DNA of 44,166 nt from a virus (taxonomy: Duplodnaviria > Caudoviricetes). The stretch spans positions 1 to 44,166 of IMG/VR virus record IMGVR_UViG_3300042310_000613; one strand, given 5' to 3'. The translations under genes were made by a program, and so were the position numbers. Below the pieces are notes generated by a model that was not told the DNA's origin, searched no databases, and saw nothing but the letters and a program-made list of their open reading frames with translations. Of this stretch, positions 9,377 through 19,348 are shown in pieces. Position 1 is the first letter of the stretch; every line of letters starts with the position of its first letter.

Positions 9377-9697
9377 ATGAATAAAAGAGAGCTATTAAAT
9401 AAGCTTTTGCATATTCCTAAAAAAGTTCATCCATCATTTTGGGGCAAGCAATTCAGAATATTAAACTCTCTTCTTAAGAAGTTTCCAGATATGAAATTCT
9501 GGGAACAAGTTGTAGTTGTTAGAGTTGATTGCCTTACTTTATATGCTGGAGAAGATGCCAATGGAATAGCTGACAAATATAAGAAATATATTTTTCAACC
9601 TGAATTAAAGAATATAGAATTTCAGCTTGGCGAAAAAGCTGGACAAGACTATAATATTACGGTAAAACCTAGAACAATTAAAGACTTTCTAAAATGA
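9377..9697 (+). CDS. Hypothetical protein
   Basis: 106-aa ORF after the promoter; its stop overlaps the recA-like start. Confidence 0.75.
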   Translation: MNKRELLNKLLHIPKKVHPSFWGKQFRILNSLLKKFPDMKFWEQVVVVRVDCLTLYAGEDANGIADKYKKYIFQPELKNIEFQLGEKAGQDYNITVKPRTIKDFLK

Positions 9698-10866
9698 GTA
9701 AAAAGAATAATAAAGAAGAAGTAGATATCAGTAAGATCACAACATCTCAAGATCAGCTAAAAAGCTTCTTGAAGCAAAATAAAGAGTCTCATTATAATTA
9801 TGAACCAACTATAGACTACAAGGTTTCAAGCGGCAGTCTTCTGCTTGATTACTTTCTAGCTGGTGGTATCGGAACCGGATTACATCGATTTTGCGGAATC
9901 AACGAAGGAGGTAAAACAAGTTGCGCTCTTCAATTCATGAAGAATTTCTTAGATCAACCTAAGAAGCGCAAAGGCTTTTATATCAAAGCTGAAGGTCGAT
10001 TGAGTAATGAAATGATTACTCGTTCTGGAGTTAAGTTTGTATTCAATGAAGAAGAATGGGTCGAAGGTACATGTTTCGTTTTTGAATCAAACATTCATGA
10101 AACGGTATTTGATGCAATGCGAGAACTAGTTGGTAAGAATGACGAGAAGATGATGTATTTCTTTCTGTTAGATTCTGTGGACGGTCTAATTAGAAAAGGA
10201 GATCTTGATAAAACATTTGAAGAGTCGCAAAAGGTCGCTGGCGGCGCAGTAATTGCAGCGGATCTTATGAAGCGCATGTCTATTGCACTTCAAAAGCGTG
10301 GGCATATTGCAGTATTTATTTCTCAAGTTCGCGCTGATATTAAGCTTGATCCATACAGTAAGGCTCCAATTCGTCAAACCACTGCTACAGGTGGTAACGC
10401 TTTGCTACATTTTGCGAACTGGATTTTTGAATTCGATGCTCGTTTTAAGGGTGATCTAATTCTTGAAGATCCTAACGCTTCTTACGATGAACAAAAAAAT
10501 CCATATCTTGGACACTTTGTAAAAATCGTTGTTAAGAAGTCTCCGAATGAAAGAACTAATTGCACTATTCGATATCCAATTAAATATGGAAGAAAGAATG
10601 GTACTTCTAATTGGGTAGAAAAGGAAATTTTCGATTTTCTTACTATGTGGGAAATCGCTATTAAGAAGGGAGCTTGGATTAGCTTTGATGAAGAATTTCT
10701 CAATACTCTAAAAGAAGCTGGATTTACAGAATTTCCTGCTCAAATTCAAGGCGCAGCGAAGTTTGAACAAATTGTCAACGATAATGAAAAGCTTAAGAAT
10801 TTCTTCTTTAAGTATATCAGTGAAAATCTATTAAATTTTGGCGATGGAATTTCTATCTCTGAGTAA
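9694..10866 (+). CDS. recA: RecA/UvsX-like recombinase
   Basis: SSGSLLLD..LAGG, Walker A GINEGGKT, Walker B LLDSV, FISQVR, TGGNALLH, KVVK, KKGAW. Confidence 0.85.
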   Translation: MSKKNNKEEVDISKITTSQDQLKSFLKQNKESHYNYEPTIDYKVSSGSLLLDYFLAGGIGTGLHRFCGINEGGKTSCALQFMKNFLDQPKKRKGFYIKAEGRLSNEMITRSGVKFVFNEEEWVEGTCFVFESNIHETVFDAMRELVGKNDEKMMYFFLLDSVDGLIRKGDLDKTFEESQKVAGGAVIAADLMKRMSIALQKRGHIAVFISQVRADIKLDPYSKAPIRQTTATGGNALLHFANWIFEFDARFKGDLILEDPNASYDEQKNPYLGHFVKIVVKKSPNERTNCTIRYPIKYGRKNGTSNWVEKEIFDFLTMWEIAIKKGAWISFDEEFLNTLKEAGFTEFPAQIQGAAKFEQIVNDNEKLKNFFFKYISENLLNFGDGISISE

Positions 10867-11251
10867 TAAAAAGAGACGTTGTAAAAACGCTCGCAACTAT
10901 CTAACCGATTGGAAAGCCGATAGTCGTAGTAAATTTCAAACTGAAGTTAAGAAGTTTCTGCGTGGTTATTGGCAACACAATATTGTATTTGAAGAGTTTC
11001 CAATAGTTGGGACTCGTCTTACCTTGGACTTTTATAACGCTAATAAAAAAATAGCTATAGAAGTTCAAGGTAGGCAGCATACTGGATTTGTGAAATTCTT
11101 TCACGAAAATAGAATGAATTTTCTTCATCAGTTAAATAGAGATAAAAAAAAGGAGCGTTTCTGCGAACTTAATGAAATTACACTTGTAACTATTTTCGAA
11201 AATGATACAATAAATAAAGACCTTTTCGAAAGTCAAGGTGTAATATTATAA
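10844..11251 (+). CDS. PD-(D/E)xK / DUF559-Vsr-like endonuclease
   Basis: EEFP...LDFY...IAIEVQGRQH...RD..K; start placed at ATG 10844. Confidence 0.7.
   Translation: MEFLSLSNKKRRCKNARNYLTDWKADSRSKFQTEVKKFLRGYWQHNIVFEEFPIVGTRLTLDFYNANKKIAIEVQGRQHTGFVKFFHENRMNFLHQLNRDKKKERFCELNEITLVTIFENDTINKDLFESQGVIL
11238..11243 (+). promoter_or_regulatory. GTGTAA motif
   Basis: Begins 15 nt before ATG 11253. Confidence 0.45.
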
Positions 11252-11252
11252 C

Positions 11253-11513
11253 ATGAAGAAGGACTCTCAATCAGAGAATTTTAAACAGTTTAAAATTCCT
11301 GAAAATTATTTTAATAAACTCTATGAGTTCACTGGGTCCGATGAATCCTCAAAAGGATTTATAGTGGCTTACGTCTCTCAAGATGGATGCCCCATGATTT
11401 ATACTAAAGTCGCTAATCCAATCGTAGAAATGGGTTTAGTTAAGGCTTTGGAAAAATATTTAGACGAAATAAACAATGAGCAAAATTCGATTGACATGAG
11501 TGACGAACCATGA
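11253..11513 (+). CDS. Hypothetical protein
   Basis: 86-aa ORF in the operon. Confidence 0.7.
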   Translation: MKKDSQSENFKQFKIPENYFNKLYEFTGSDESSKGFIVAYVSQDGCPMIYTKVANPIVEMGLVKALEKYLDEINNEQNSIDMSDEP

Positions 11514-11519
11514 TAACGT
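11491..11519 (+). promoter_or_regulatory. Sigma70-like promoter for the helicase
   Basis: TTGACA-N17-TAACGT with TGn; ATG 9 nt after the -10. Confidence 0.6.
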
Positions 11520-11528
11520 GCGGTTGGA

Positions 11529-13043
11529 ATGATTTATTCGTATGATTTAGAAACTCAGTTGCTCGCTGGACTGATTAAATATCCAGAAAGATACGCGGAT
11601 GTCGCATCTTTCGTAACAGAAAAAGATTTTTGGAGTGAAAGCTCTAAAATAAATAGAACTATTTTTTGTGTACTTCGTCAAGCCATTGATAATGGTGAGA
11701 AAATTGATGACGTAGTTATATCTCAAAGAGTAAAGAATTTTGGAGTAACTTTTGAAGACAATATCAATCCATCTGATTATATTGAATCTTTGTCTCTCAA
11801 GAAGCTATCTCCAGAATCTATTATAAGTGTTGCTAAAGAATTAAAGAAATATACTATTCGTCGCGAAATCGCGCTGTGTGGCGCAGAGATCAACAAGAAG
11901 ATGAAGTCTATATCTCCATCTTCTGATTATAATGTTATCATTGAATGCGCTGATAAACTTTACAATGATCAGATCAATCTCTATGAAACTGGTGCAGATC
12001 AACCAGAAAATATTTTTGATGAAATGGAAGCTCTTGTCGAAGAGCGCGGAAATAATCCGGTTACTGAATTTGGGTTTGCTGGACCGCATCCAAAAACTCA
12101 AGACATGTATGGATCTCTTTTAAGACCGGGAAATATTACTGTTATCGTAGCTCGTTCAGGTGTTGGTAAAACTCAATTCTGTTTAGATTTTACTGCAAAG
12201 GTATCAGAACAATATGAAGTTCCAGTTCTTCATTTTGATAATGGTGAAATGAGCAAAGAGGAACTTATTTTTAGACAGTGCGCTGCAATGTCTAAAGTTC
12301 CAATGTATTTATTAGAAAGCGGCAACTGGCGAAAGGCTGGTGCAGAAATTGTAGATAATGTCAGATCAGTATGGAAGACGATCAATAAACGATATAAGCA
12401 TTTATATTATTATAATGTAGGCGGCATGACCGTTGATGCTCAAATTAGCGTTCTAAAAAGATTTTATTATTCTAAGATAGGTCGTGGAAATCCAATGATT
12501 TTTAGTTTTGACTATATCAAAACTACAAGTGAAAGCGGAGGAAATAAAACTGAATGGCAGCTTGTTGGAGAAATGGTCGATAAATATAAACGCTGTATTC
12601 AAAGAGATATCGTAAGCGATAAAGGTCCATGTATATCAATGATGACATCTGTACAATCTAATCGTGCAGGTATTGTAACAAATAAAAACTCTTCAAATAT
12701 AACTGACGACGAAAGCATTGTTTCTCTTTCTGATCGTATTACTCAATTTGCATCTCACTTATTCATTTTGCGACAAAAAACTTCTGATGAATTGCAAAAT
12801 GAAGTTGGATTTGGAACTCATAAGTTCATTAATATAAAAGCTCGCCATCTCGGTAAAGATATCGCTGGAGCTATTAATCCAGTAAAACTTCCCGATGGAA
12901 CTCTGAAAAAGAATTTTGTTAATCTTGAAATCGCTAATTTCTGTGTTTCAGAAAAAGGTGACTATAGAGATATCGTGGATGCTCTTGGTACAAATGCAAC
13001 TGTAATTAAAGATAACGATGACGACGTACCTAACCTCGATTAA
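11529..13043 (+). CDS. dnaB: DnaB-like replicative helicase
   Basis: DnaB N-terminal pattern, Walker A ARSGVGKT, GEMS, FDYIK, QSNR, KARH. Confidence 0.9.
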   Translation: MIYSYDLETQLLAGLIKYPERYADVASFVTEKDFWSESSKINRTIFCVLRQAIDNGEKIDDVVISQRVKNFGVTFEDNINPSDYIESLSLKKLSPESIISVAKELKKYTIRREIALCGAEINKKMKSISPSSDYNVIIECADKLYNDQINLYETGADQPENIFDEMEALVEERGNNPVTEFGFAGPHPKTQDMYGSLLRPGNITVIVARSGVGKTQFCLDFTAKVSEQYEVPVLHFDNGEMSKEELIFRQCAAMSKVPMYLLESGNWRKAGAEIVDNVRSVWKTINKRYKHLYYYNVGGMTVDAQISVLKRFYYSKIGRGNPMIFSFDYIKTTSESGGNKTEWQLVGEMVDKYKRCIQRDIVSDKGPCISMMTSVQSNRAGIVTNKNSSNITDDESIVSLSDRITQFASHLFILRQKTSDELQNEVGFGTHKFINIKARHLGKDIAGAINPVKLPDGTLKKNFVNLEIANFCVSEKGDYRDIVDALGTNATVIKDNDDDVPNLD

Positions 13044-14097
13044 TAATCAAGCAGAAGCTATTGAAAAGACTTTAATTGATCTTGGATACCAACTCTCAGA
13101 TCGTGGTAAGTATTGGCAATGTAACGCTGTTTATCGTGATGGTGATAATAGAACTGCTCTACAAATTTGGAAAGACACTGGAATCTGGAAAGATTTCGTA
13201 GCAAATACTTCTTATCAACCTTTTAAAAGGCTTCTTGAACTTACCTGCAAAGATGATTCTCAGATAGAAGAAATCTTGCACTCAATTAAGAATAATAATG
13301 ATCCTTGTATAGAATCAATCAGAACACCCAAAATGGAATCAGATCAATTTTTTGACCATGATGAAGTAAAAACCTTGCTTCCTCATTACGACTTTTATAA
13401 TAAAAAAAATATAAGCTCTGAAATTCTTGAGCTTTATCGATCCGGTTTTTCCATGTCTGGAAAAATGAATGGCCGTTTCGTCTTTCCAATATTTGATGAA
13501 AATAAAAAAGTAATTGGAATTAGTGGCAGACATTTACTCTGGAAACCCAACACTTCCGCTCCAAAATGGAAGCATATTGGCAGAAAAGGCAATTGGATAT
13601 ATCCTATTAATCTTCAAGGAGAAGAAGATAATATATTCAAGAAAACTATAGAAGAAAAGCGTTCAATCATTCTTGTAGAAGGTATTGGCGATAGTTTAGC
13701 ATTGTCTCAGCAAGGATATTATAATCATCTTGTTGTATTTGGTCTTGAAATTAGCTCTAAGCAGTTGTCTTATTTAATGTCTTTATCTATAGATGAAGTT
13801 ATCATTTCTACGAATAATGATGCCGATAAGACTGATAATCGTGGACTTCAAGCAGCAATTAAGATATTTCTTAAACTTATTAAGTATATTGATATCGATA
13901 AGGTTAAAATCAAACTTCCTATTTGTAAAGACTTTGGCGAAATGTTAGAGAAAGATATTACGATGGAAAGATGGGAGAGTAAAAAAAGAGATAGAATAAC
14001 TCAAGTAGAATACATTCTTGATTATGTATATAATAACGATAAGGATAAGAAAACCATTTCTATTCTTAAAGATTATTTAGAAAGTTTGAAGCTTTGA
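13018..14097 (+). CDS. DnaG-like primase (TOPRIM)
   Basis: GRFVFPI...IGISGR, PKWK, ILVEGIGD, NND, KDFGE; adjacent to the helicase. Confidence 0.85.
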   Translation: MTTYLTSINNQAEAIEKTLIDLGYQLSDRGKYWQCNAVYRDGDNRTALQIWKDTGIWKDFVANTSYQPFKRLLELTCKDDSQIEEILHSIKNNNDPCIESIRTPKMESDQFFDHDEVKTLLPHYDFYNKKNISSEILELYRSGFSMSGKMNGRFVFPIFDENKKVIGISGRHLLWKPNTSAPKWKHIGRKGNWIYPINLQGEEDNIFKKTIEEKRSIILVEGIGDSLALSQQGYYNHLVVFGLEISSKQLSYLMSLSIDEVIISTNNDADKTDNRGLQAAIKIFLKLIKYIDIDKVKIKLPICKDFGEMLEKDITMERWESKKRDRITQVEYILDYVYNNDKDKKTISILKDYLESLKL

Positions 14098-15146
14098 AGG
14101 AAACATTATCAGCCAGTAAAATTAAGACGCTAAAATCCTGCTCATGGCAGTATTGGTGCAAGTATGTTTTAAAGTTGCCAGATAAAACTAATTCTGGAGC
14201 TTTAATTGGCGATACTGTTCACATCATTCTTGAGTGTCTCGCTTTGCCTCGTCATAAAAAACATTATGATATCATTGTAAAAAAACAAAACATCTTTGCT
14301 TCAAAAGCGATTAAGAAGATGGTTTATAAACATATCAAGCGAAAGAATCTTAATGAACAAGAGAATTTGCAAGATATTTGTTCAATGGCTTTAAAAGGAT
14401 TGATGTATGACTTTTTTGGCAAGAAATTTGGCGAACCAACAGAAGTGATTTCAGAAAAAGATTTTGAGATTACCGTCCAAGAAGAAGACGTTAATTACAA
14501 GATCAAAGGTTTTATTGATAGGCTCTTTATTTATGGTAATCATGGAGTCGTATTAATTAGAGATTTCAAAACAAATAAAAAGAAATACGAAGGCAAGGAA
14601 GTAACTGATAATCTACAAGATTATATGTATACTCTTGCTATTAGAAAGTTATATCCCCATCTTAAAGATATTAAAATGGAATTCTTGTTTTTGAAACAAG
14701 ATTTAAATGCTGATGGAGTTATGCCTATGCAAGCCAAAGATAAATATGAGCTTCTTGGCTTTGAGCATGAACTTACTGGCTATCAAAAATACGCCGATTC
14801 TTTTACAGATAAAACTGCTATATCTAACATGGCGGCAAAGCAAGGAATGCCCAAAGATGGTAGTTTTGCTGGAAAACTTCTATGTGGCTTTGCTAAACAA
14901 CCTAATCAAATTAAAAAAGATGGTACTCCAATGTGGTATTGCACTTATAAATTTGGATTTGATTATTTTGCAATTATAGATAAAGATGGCAAAGTAAAAA
15001 AATCAGCATTTACTAAAAAAGAATTGCAGAAAATTAAACTTCAAGAAGGAGAAAAATTAATAAAAAGCAAGTACGATGGATGCCCATGTTTTAAACCTGT
15101 TGAAACTCCTGACGATTTTGACGCTTTCGATCTTGACAAATTCTAG
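14094..15146 (+). CDS. PD-(D/E)xK RecB/Cas4-like exonuclease
   Basis: LSASKI...C, G..VH, GFIDRL, RDFKT, QDYMY and C-terminal Cys cluster; TTG start. Confidence 0.85.
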   Translation: MKETLSASKIKTLKSCSWQYWCKYVLKLPDKTNSGALIGDTVHIILECLALPRHKKHYDIIVKKQNIFASKAIKKMVYKHIKRKNLNEQENLQDICSMALKGLMYDFFGKKFGEPTEVISEKDFEITVQEEDVNYKIKGFIDRLFIYGNHGVVLIRDFKTNKKKYEGKEVTDNLQDYMYTLAIRKLYPHLKDIKMEFLFLKQDLNADGVMPMQAKDKYELLGFEHELTGYQKYADSFTDKTAISNMAAKQGMPKDGSFAGKLLCGFAKQPNQIKKDGTPMWYCTYKFGFDYFAIIDKDGKVKKSAFTKKELQKIKLQEGEKLIKSKYDGCPCFKPVETPDDFDAFDLDKF

Positions 15147-15160
15147 TTCTTCGCTAGAAT
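15133..15160 (+). promoter_or_regulatory. Sigma70-like promoter for the polymerase block
   Basis: TTGACA-N16-TAGAAT; ATG 15170 lies 9 nt after the -10. Confidence 0.7.
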
Positions 15161-15169
15161 TTGTGCGAC

Positions 15170-15928
15170 ATGCTACCATTGTTTAAATCTCATTTCAGTA
15201 TAGGAAAATCTATACTGACTTTAGATGATCCAAAGAAGGTCACTGAAGGAGGATCTGATAGTGTATTTAAGATCGCGAAAGACAACGGTCTTAAACAGAT
15301 TATATTAGTCGAAGACTCGTTGATTGGATTCTTTGAAGCGTACAAGCGCAGCAAAGAAATGGGTATTCAATTAATATTTGGCCTAAGACTTTCAATGAGA
15401 AACTCTGCTCTTCCAGAAGATGAAGGCAGTCAACATAAAGTAATTATATTTGCTAAGGATGATATTGGGTGCAAGCTGCTCAATAAAATCTATTCAAAAG
15501 CCTTTTGCACTAATTCTGGATTTCTAAGTTATAGCGACTTGAAGGAGTTGTGGAATGAAACTTCTCTCAAGCTCGCTATTCCATTTTACGATTCATTCAT
15601 TTATATAAATAATTTATCTTTTGGTAACGCCGTTCCAGATCTTTCGTTTACTAAAGCAACTTTATTTTATGAAGATAATTCTTTAGCTTTAGATTACATA
15701 CTTCAAGAAAAGGTAAAAGAATTCTCTATTAATAATGACATGCCAATGGTTAAAGTTCGCAGTATTTATTATAATAAGAAATCTGATGTCAAAGCTTTTA
15801 TGGCATACAAGATAATTTGTAATCGATCTTTTGGCAAAGACCGTTCACTAGAAAAACCAGAGTTGCCTCATTTTTGCAGCGACAAATTTAGCTTCGAAGC
15901 TTGGAAGGAAGAAAATGCTACGATTTAA
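15170..15928 (+). CDS. Stand-alone PHP domain of DNA polymerase III alpha
   Basis: SHFSIGKSIL, IFGL, IIFAKD..G...L resemble the DnaE PHP domain with degenerate metal ligands; the downstream DnaE ORF lacks PHP. Confidence 0.8.
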   Translation: MLPLFKSHFSIGKSILTLDDPKKVTEGGSDSVFKIAKDNGLKQIILVEDSLIGFFEAYKRSKEMGIQLIFGLRLSMRNSALPEDEGSQHKVIIFAKDDIGCKLLNKIYSKAFCTNSGFLSYSDLKELWNETSLKLAIPFYDSFIYINNLSFGNAVPDLSFTKATLFYEDNSLALDYILQEKVKEFSINNDMPMVKVRSIYYNKKSDVKAFMAYKIICNRSFGKDRSLEKPELPHFCSDKFSFEAWKEENATI

Positions 15929-16544
15929 TAAAGAACAAAAGTATATTTGTTTTGATTTTGAAACCTGTCATCTAAATCTGCTTGATGATAGCAACAAGCC
16001 TTGGCAATTAAGTTATCTTATCGCTAAAGGTAGCAATATAATCAAAGAAGTAGACAATCATATCTATTGGCCTGATCTGAAGCTTTCGGAAGGCGCAAAG
16101 CTTGTTACTCATTTTGATGAGCGTAAATATCATTCATTAGCTGCCGATCCAAAAGAAGTTCTGGAGGCTTTTGAATATTATATTTATAATGATGAGTATC
16201 TTATTATTGGGCAAAATCTATTGGGCTTTGATGTATACGTTCATAATACATACAGAAGACTTATTGGTAAGAAAAGCGACTTCTCTTATGTCAAGAGAAT
16301 AATAGATACAAACTGTATGGCTAAAGCTATTAAAAAGAATCTCAAACCTCAAAGAGATTCTGATTTTACTTTTTGGCAGTATAGATTAAATGATTTTCGC
16401 GAAAAGGGATTAAAGACAAGCATTAAAACTCAATTGAAAGAATATAAGATTGACTTCGATGAGAATATGCTTCACAATTCCATGTACGACGTTCAGATGA
16501 ATTTTAAGATTTTTCAGAAGCAGCTTTGGCAAATTGAAATATGA
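15915..16544 (+). CDS. DEDDh 3'-5' exonuclease (DnaQ/epsilon-like)
   Basis: Exo I DFET, Exo II GQNLLGFD, IIDT, Exo III LHNSMYD. Confidence 0.85.
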   Translation: MLRFNKEQKYICFDFETCHLNLLDDSNKPWQLSYLIAKGSNIIKEVDNHIYWPDLKLSEGAKLVTHFDERKYHSLAADPKEVLEAFEYYIYNDEYLIIGQNLLGFDVYVHNTYRRLIGKKSDFSYVKRIIDTNCMAKAIKKNLKPQRDSDFTFWQYRLNDFREKGLKTSIKTQLKEYKIDFDENMLHNSMYDVQMNFKIFQKQLWQIEI

Positions 16545-18301
16545 ATTTTTTACAAGATATTAAACCTTACGACAACGCTATGCTTCCCGGCGTTCGTTTG
16601 CCTCAAATCTCTATTGAAGGCAAATATTATGATTTGCTGAAGATTCCTATTTCTTCAGACAATTTTACTTTTCTAAAGACGCTTTGTTATCGCAGTTTAA
16701 ATAACTTGGGATTAAATAATAATCAATATACAGAGCGTTTGGAGATGGAGTTGGATATCTTCAAAGAACTTGACTTCGTTGATTATGTGCTTCTCAACTG
16801 GGATATTCTTAATTTCTGCCATGAGAATAATATTCCCACTGGTGCTGGTCGTGGTAGTGCTGCGGGTTCTTTGGTTCTGTTTGTTGTGGGTGTTACGAAA
16901 GTTGATCCCATAAAATACGAACTCTTCTTTGAGCGTTTCGTCAGTCGTTCCCGCGCTAAGAAGATCGTTAAAGACGACATTACTTATCTTGATGGTTCGC
17001 TTCTTCCTGACGTAGATAACGATATCAGCTATGACAGACGCGCAGAAGTAATTAAGTATATTGAGCAAAAACATCTAGGCAAAACATCGAAGATCTTAAC
17101 TCTCAATACTCTTTCTAGCAAGCTTTGTATTAAAGAGTGCGGAAAGATTGTTGGTGCTTTATCAGAAACAGATGTTAATGAAGTTAGTGACAATATTCCC
17201 AAACTGTTTGGACGGGTTTTTGATTTAGAAGAAGCATATAAAGCTAATGATAAATTCAAAGCTTGGGTTGATCAAAATAAATTCGTATTTGAAATAGCTA
17301 AGAAGATCGAAGGGCTGAATAAGAATACTGGTGTTCATCCTTCTGGTATTGCTATTTCTTATTATAAGATCGAAGAAGTTTGCCCAGTTCAAAAGACTTC
17401 TGATGGTGATTTAGTTAGCGGCTATGATATGAATTATGTAGCCGAACTAATGGTTAAGTTCGATGTTCTTGGCTTGAGAACTTTGACTGTAGTCAGCGAA
17501 GTTTGTAAGAGGCTTAATATTGAAATGACTTCTATTGATCCAGAAGATCCTTTCATTTACGAAAGCTTTCAAAATCTTCGTACACCACAAGGTCTGTTCC
17601 AGATTGAAGCGGAAACCAACTTTAAGGTATGCCGTAAAGTTAAGCCCAAGTCTCTTGAACAGCTTAGTGCGGTAGTTGCTATTGCTCGTCCCGGTGCATT
17701 GGACTTTGCTGATCAGTATGCTACATATTCAGCTTCTGGAGTGTTCCAGCTTGTTCATGATTTCTTTAAAGAAGAACTTTCATATACTGGCGGCATTCCT
17801 CTTTATCAAGAACAGTTGATGAAGATGGCTGTGCGTTTGGGATTCACTCTTGATGAGTCAGAGCAGTTGCGACGTATCGTTGGTAAAAAGAAGGTTGATC
17901 AAATGCCAGCATGGCAAGGAAAAATTCGTCAGAAAGTTACAGAGCAGAATTTAGATATAGCAATTGGAGACGTATTATGGAAGGTGGCTGAAGACTCAGC
18001 GAATTATTCATTTAACAAATGTTTATTACCAGAAACTATAGTTGAAAGCAAAGATGGTCTAAAATGTTTAAGTGAGATTAAAAAAGGAGATTCTGTTTTA
18101 GCTTATGATGTAGAAAATAATATTGATCATTTTGTACAAGTTGTAGATATTCATAAGAATGAAGTTGAAGTCTACGAAGTGGAAATGGAAGACGGAACAA
18201 AAATTTGCTGTTCTATGGATCATAAATTTCTATGTGGAGATAAAAAAATGCATACTCTCAGAGATATTATTTCTCAACGTTTAGAGATTATGTGTAAATA
18301 A
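16541..18301 (+). CDS. dnaE: DNA polymerase III alpha, N-terminal half (palm/thumb/fingers) fused to split-intein N-fragment
   Basis: GRGSAAGS, FERF, PDVDND, GVHPSG, KFDVLGL, FQIE, RPG, YQEQLM, then NYSFNK|CLLPET... Confidence 0.95.
   Translation: MNFLQDIKPYDNAMLPGVRLPQISIEGKYYDLLKIPISSDNFTFLKTLCYRSLNNLGLNNNQYTERLEMELDIFKELDFVDYVLLNWDILNFCHENNIPTGAGRGSAAGSLVLFVVGVTKVDPIKYELFFERFVSRSRAKKIVKDDITYLDGSLLPDVDNDISYDRRAEVIKYIEQKHLGKTSKILTLNTLSSKLCIKECGKIVGALSETDVNEVSDNIPKLFGRVFDLEEAYKANDKFKAWVDQNKFVFEIAKKIEGLNKNTGVHPSGIAISYYKIEEVCPVQKTSDGDLVSGYDMNYVAELMVKFDVLGLRTLTVVSEVCKRLNIEMTSIDPEDPFIYESFQNLRTPQGLFQIEAETNFKVCRKVKPKSLEQLSAVVAIARPGALDFADQYATYSASGVFQLVHDFFKEELSYTGGIPLYQEQLMKMAVRLGFTLDESEQLRRIVGKKKVDQMPAWQGKIRQKVTEQNLDIAIGDVLWKVAEDSANYSFNKCLLPETIVESKDGLKCLSEIKKGDSVLAYDVENNIDHFVQVVDIHKNEVEVYEVEMEDGTKICCSMDHKFLCGDKKMHTLRDIISQRLEIMCK
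18020..18298 (+). mobile_element. Split intein N-fragment (IntN, 93 aa)
   Basis: Block A CLLPETIV, IKKGDSVLAYD, VYEVEMEDG, block B CSMDHKF, then a stop. Confidence 0.9.
18292..18297 (+). promoter_or_regulatory. GTGTAA motif ahead of the homing endonuclease gene
   Basis: Begins 14 nt before ATG 18306 and is embedded in the last IntN codons. Confidence 0.55.
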
Positions 18302-18305
18302 TAGC

Positions 18306-19253
18306 ATGAGCGTTTTTAAAGATGAAGGTTTAAAAAAAATCATACCTATAGATATTTTTAATTATTGTATAATAGACAAAAAAACAAAAAAAGAAATTAC
18401 AAATCTATTTCCTTCTAGGAATGAAGGTATTTATTATTTAAATAAATTTATAAATTTTTTATCAAAATATCATAAAATTTCTATTCAAGAATATATTGAA
18501 AAATATTTTAATGAAAAATGGCCTATTTGTCCAATATCTAAAGAACCAGTTGGCTATAAAACCACAGGAATTGGACTTGTTCTTTCTAAGTTTAAAAGAG
18601 GCAAAGTAGACAAAAACAATAGCGTGGCTTTTAGAAAAGCTTGTGAAAAGTTTTCCCAAGAAAGACTTGGTAAAAACAATCCTATGTATGGTAAAAAAGC
18701 TTGGAATACTGGATTAAAAAAAGAGACTGATGAAAGAGTGGCTATAGTAGCAAAAAAAAGAACTGGTAAAAAAATGTCTCAAGATTCAAAAGATAAAATG
18801 AAAGAAGCTAGAGAAAGACATCCTTTAAAAGCTAGGCACACTACAAAACATTCGGAAGAATCAAAAGAAAAAATGAGAAAAGCCACCATTAATCGTTGGC
18901 AAATTGGTGAATTTTCATTCAAAATTACTTCTATAGAGAAAAAAGTAGATCAATGGCTTAAAAATAACTGCGTTAACTACGTTTTTCAACACGGTATCGG
19001 CGGTTTTGTTGCCGATTTCGTTTGCTTAGATGAAAAAATTATAATAGAATGTCAAGGAGACTTCTTCCATTGCAATCCGTGTTTTGAAAAATATGCAGAA
19101 CCAAAATACGATATACAAAAAAGAAATCTATATAGAGATAAAATAAAGAAACAGAAGTATAAAGATTTAGGATGGAAGTTGATAGAATTGTGGGAAAGCG
19201 ACATTAACTCTGGAGAATTTAAAAACATTTTAAGATGCGAACTCAAAAAATAA
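18306..19253 (+). CDS. Free-standing putative homing endonuclease (NUMOD3-like repeats + Vsr/EDxHD-type nuclease domain)
   Basis: NNPMYGK, KHSEESKEKMR, TSIE, ADF, IECQGDFFHCNP, RD..K, LWESDI; lies between the two intein halves in a different frame. Confidence 0.85.
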   Translation: MSVFKDEGLKKIIPIDIFNYCIIDKKTKKEITNLFPSRNEGIYYLNKFINFLSKYHKISIQEYIEKYFNEKWPICPISKEPVGYKTTGIGLVLSKFKRGKVDKNNSVAFRKACEKFSQERLGKNNPMYGKKAWNTGLKKETDERVAIVAKKRTGKKMSQDSKDKMKEARERHPLKARHTTKHSEESKEKMRKATINRWQIGEFSFKITSIEKKVDQWLKNNCVNYVFQHGIGGFVADFVCLDEKIIIECQGDFFHCNPCFEKYAEPKYDIQKRNLYRDKIKKQKYKDLGWKLIELWESDINSGEFKNILRCELKK

Positions 19254-19348
19254 TTTCGATTAAACCTTTAGGTTTAAAAAATACTTTAGATTTAGAAGTT
19301 AACCATTCAGATCATAATTTTTATGCTGAAGGCTTAGTTTCTTCGAAC
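19235..19348 (+). mobile_element. Split intein C-fragment (IntC, 38 aa)
   Basis: MRTQKIISIKPLGLKNTLDLEVNHSDHNFYAEGLVSSN shows block F (DLEV..HNF), terminal Asn and +1 Ser. Confidence 0.92.

Noticed and set aside
14094-15146. CRISPR-Cas system suggested by the Cas4-like nuclease
   Set aside because: No repeat-spacer array or other cas gene was seen, and the gene sits in a replication operon where such nucleases are common in phages.
18299-19253. Group I intron, or a frameshifted contiguous intein, as the explanation for the dnaE break
   Set aside because: There is no non-coding room for a ribozyme core (4-nt gap, 19-nt overlap). Each piece has its own ATG and the fragments end at typical split-intein boundaries, so two independent errors would be needed.
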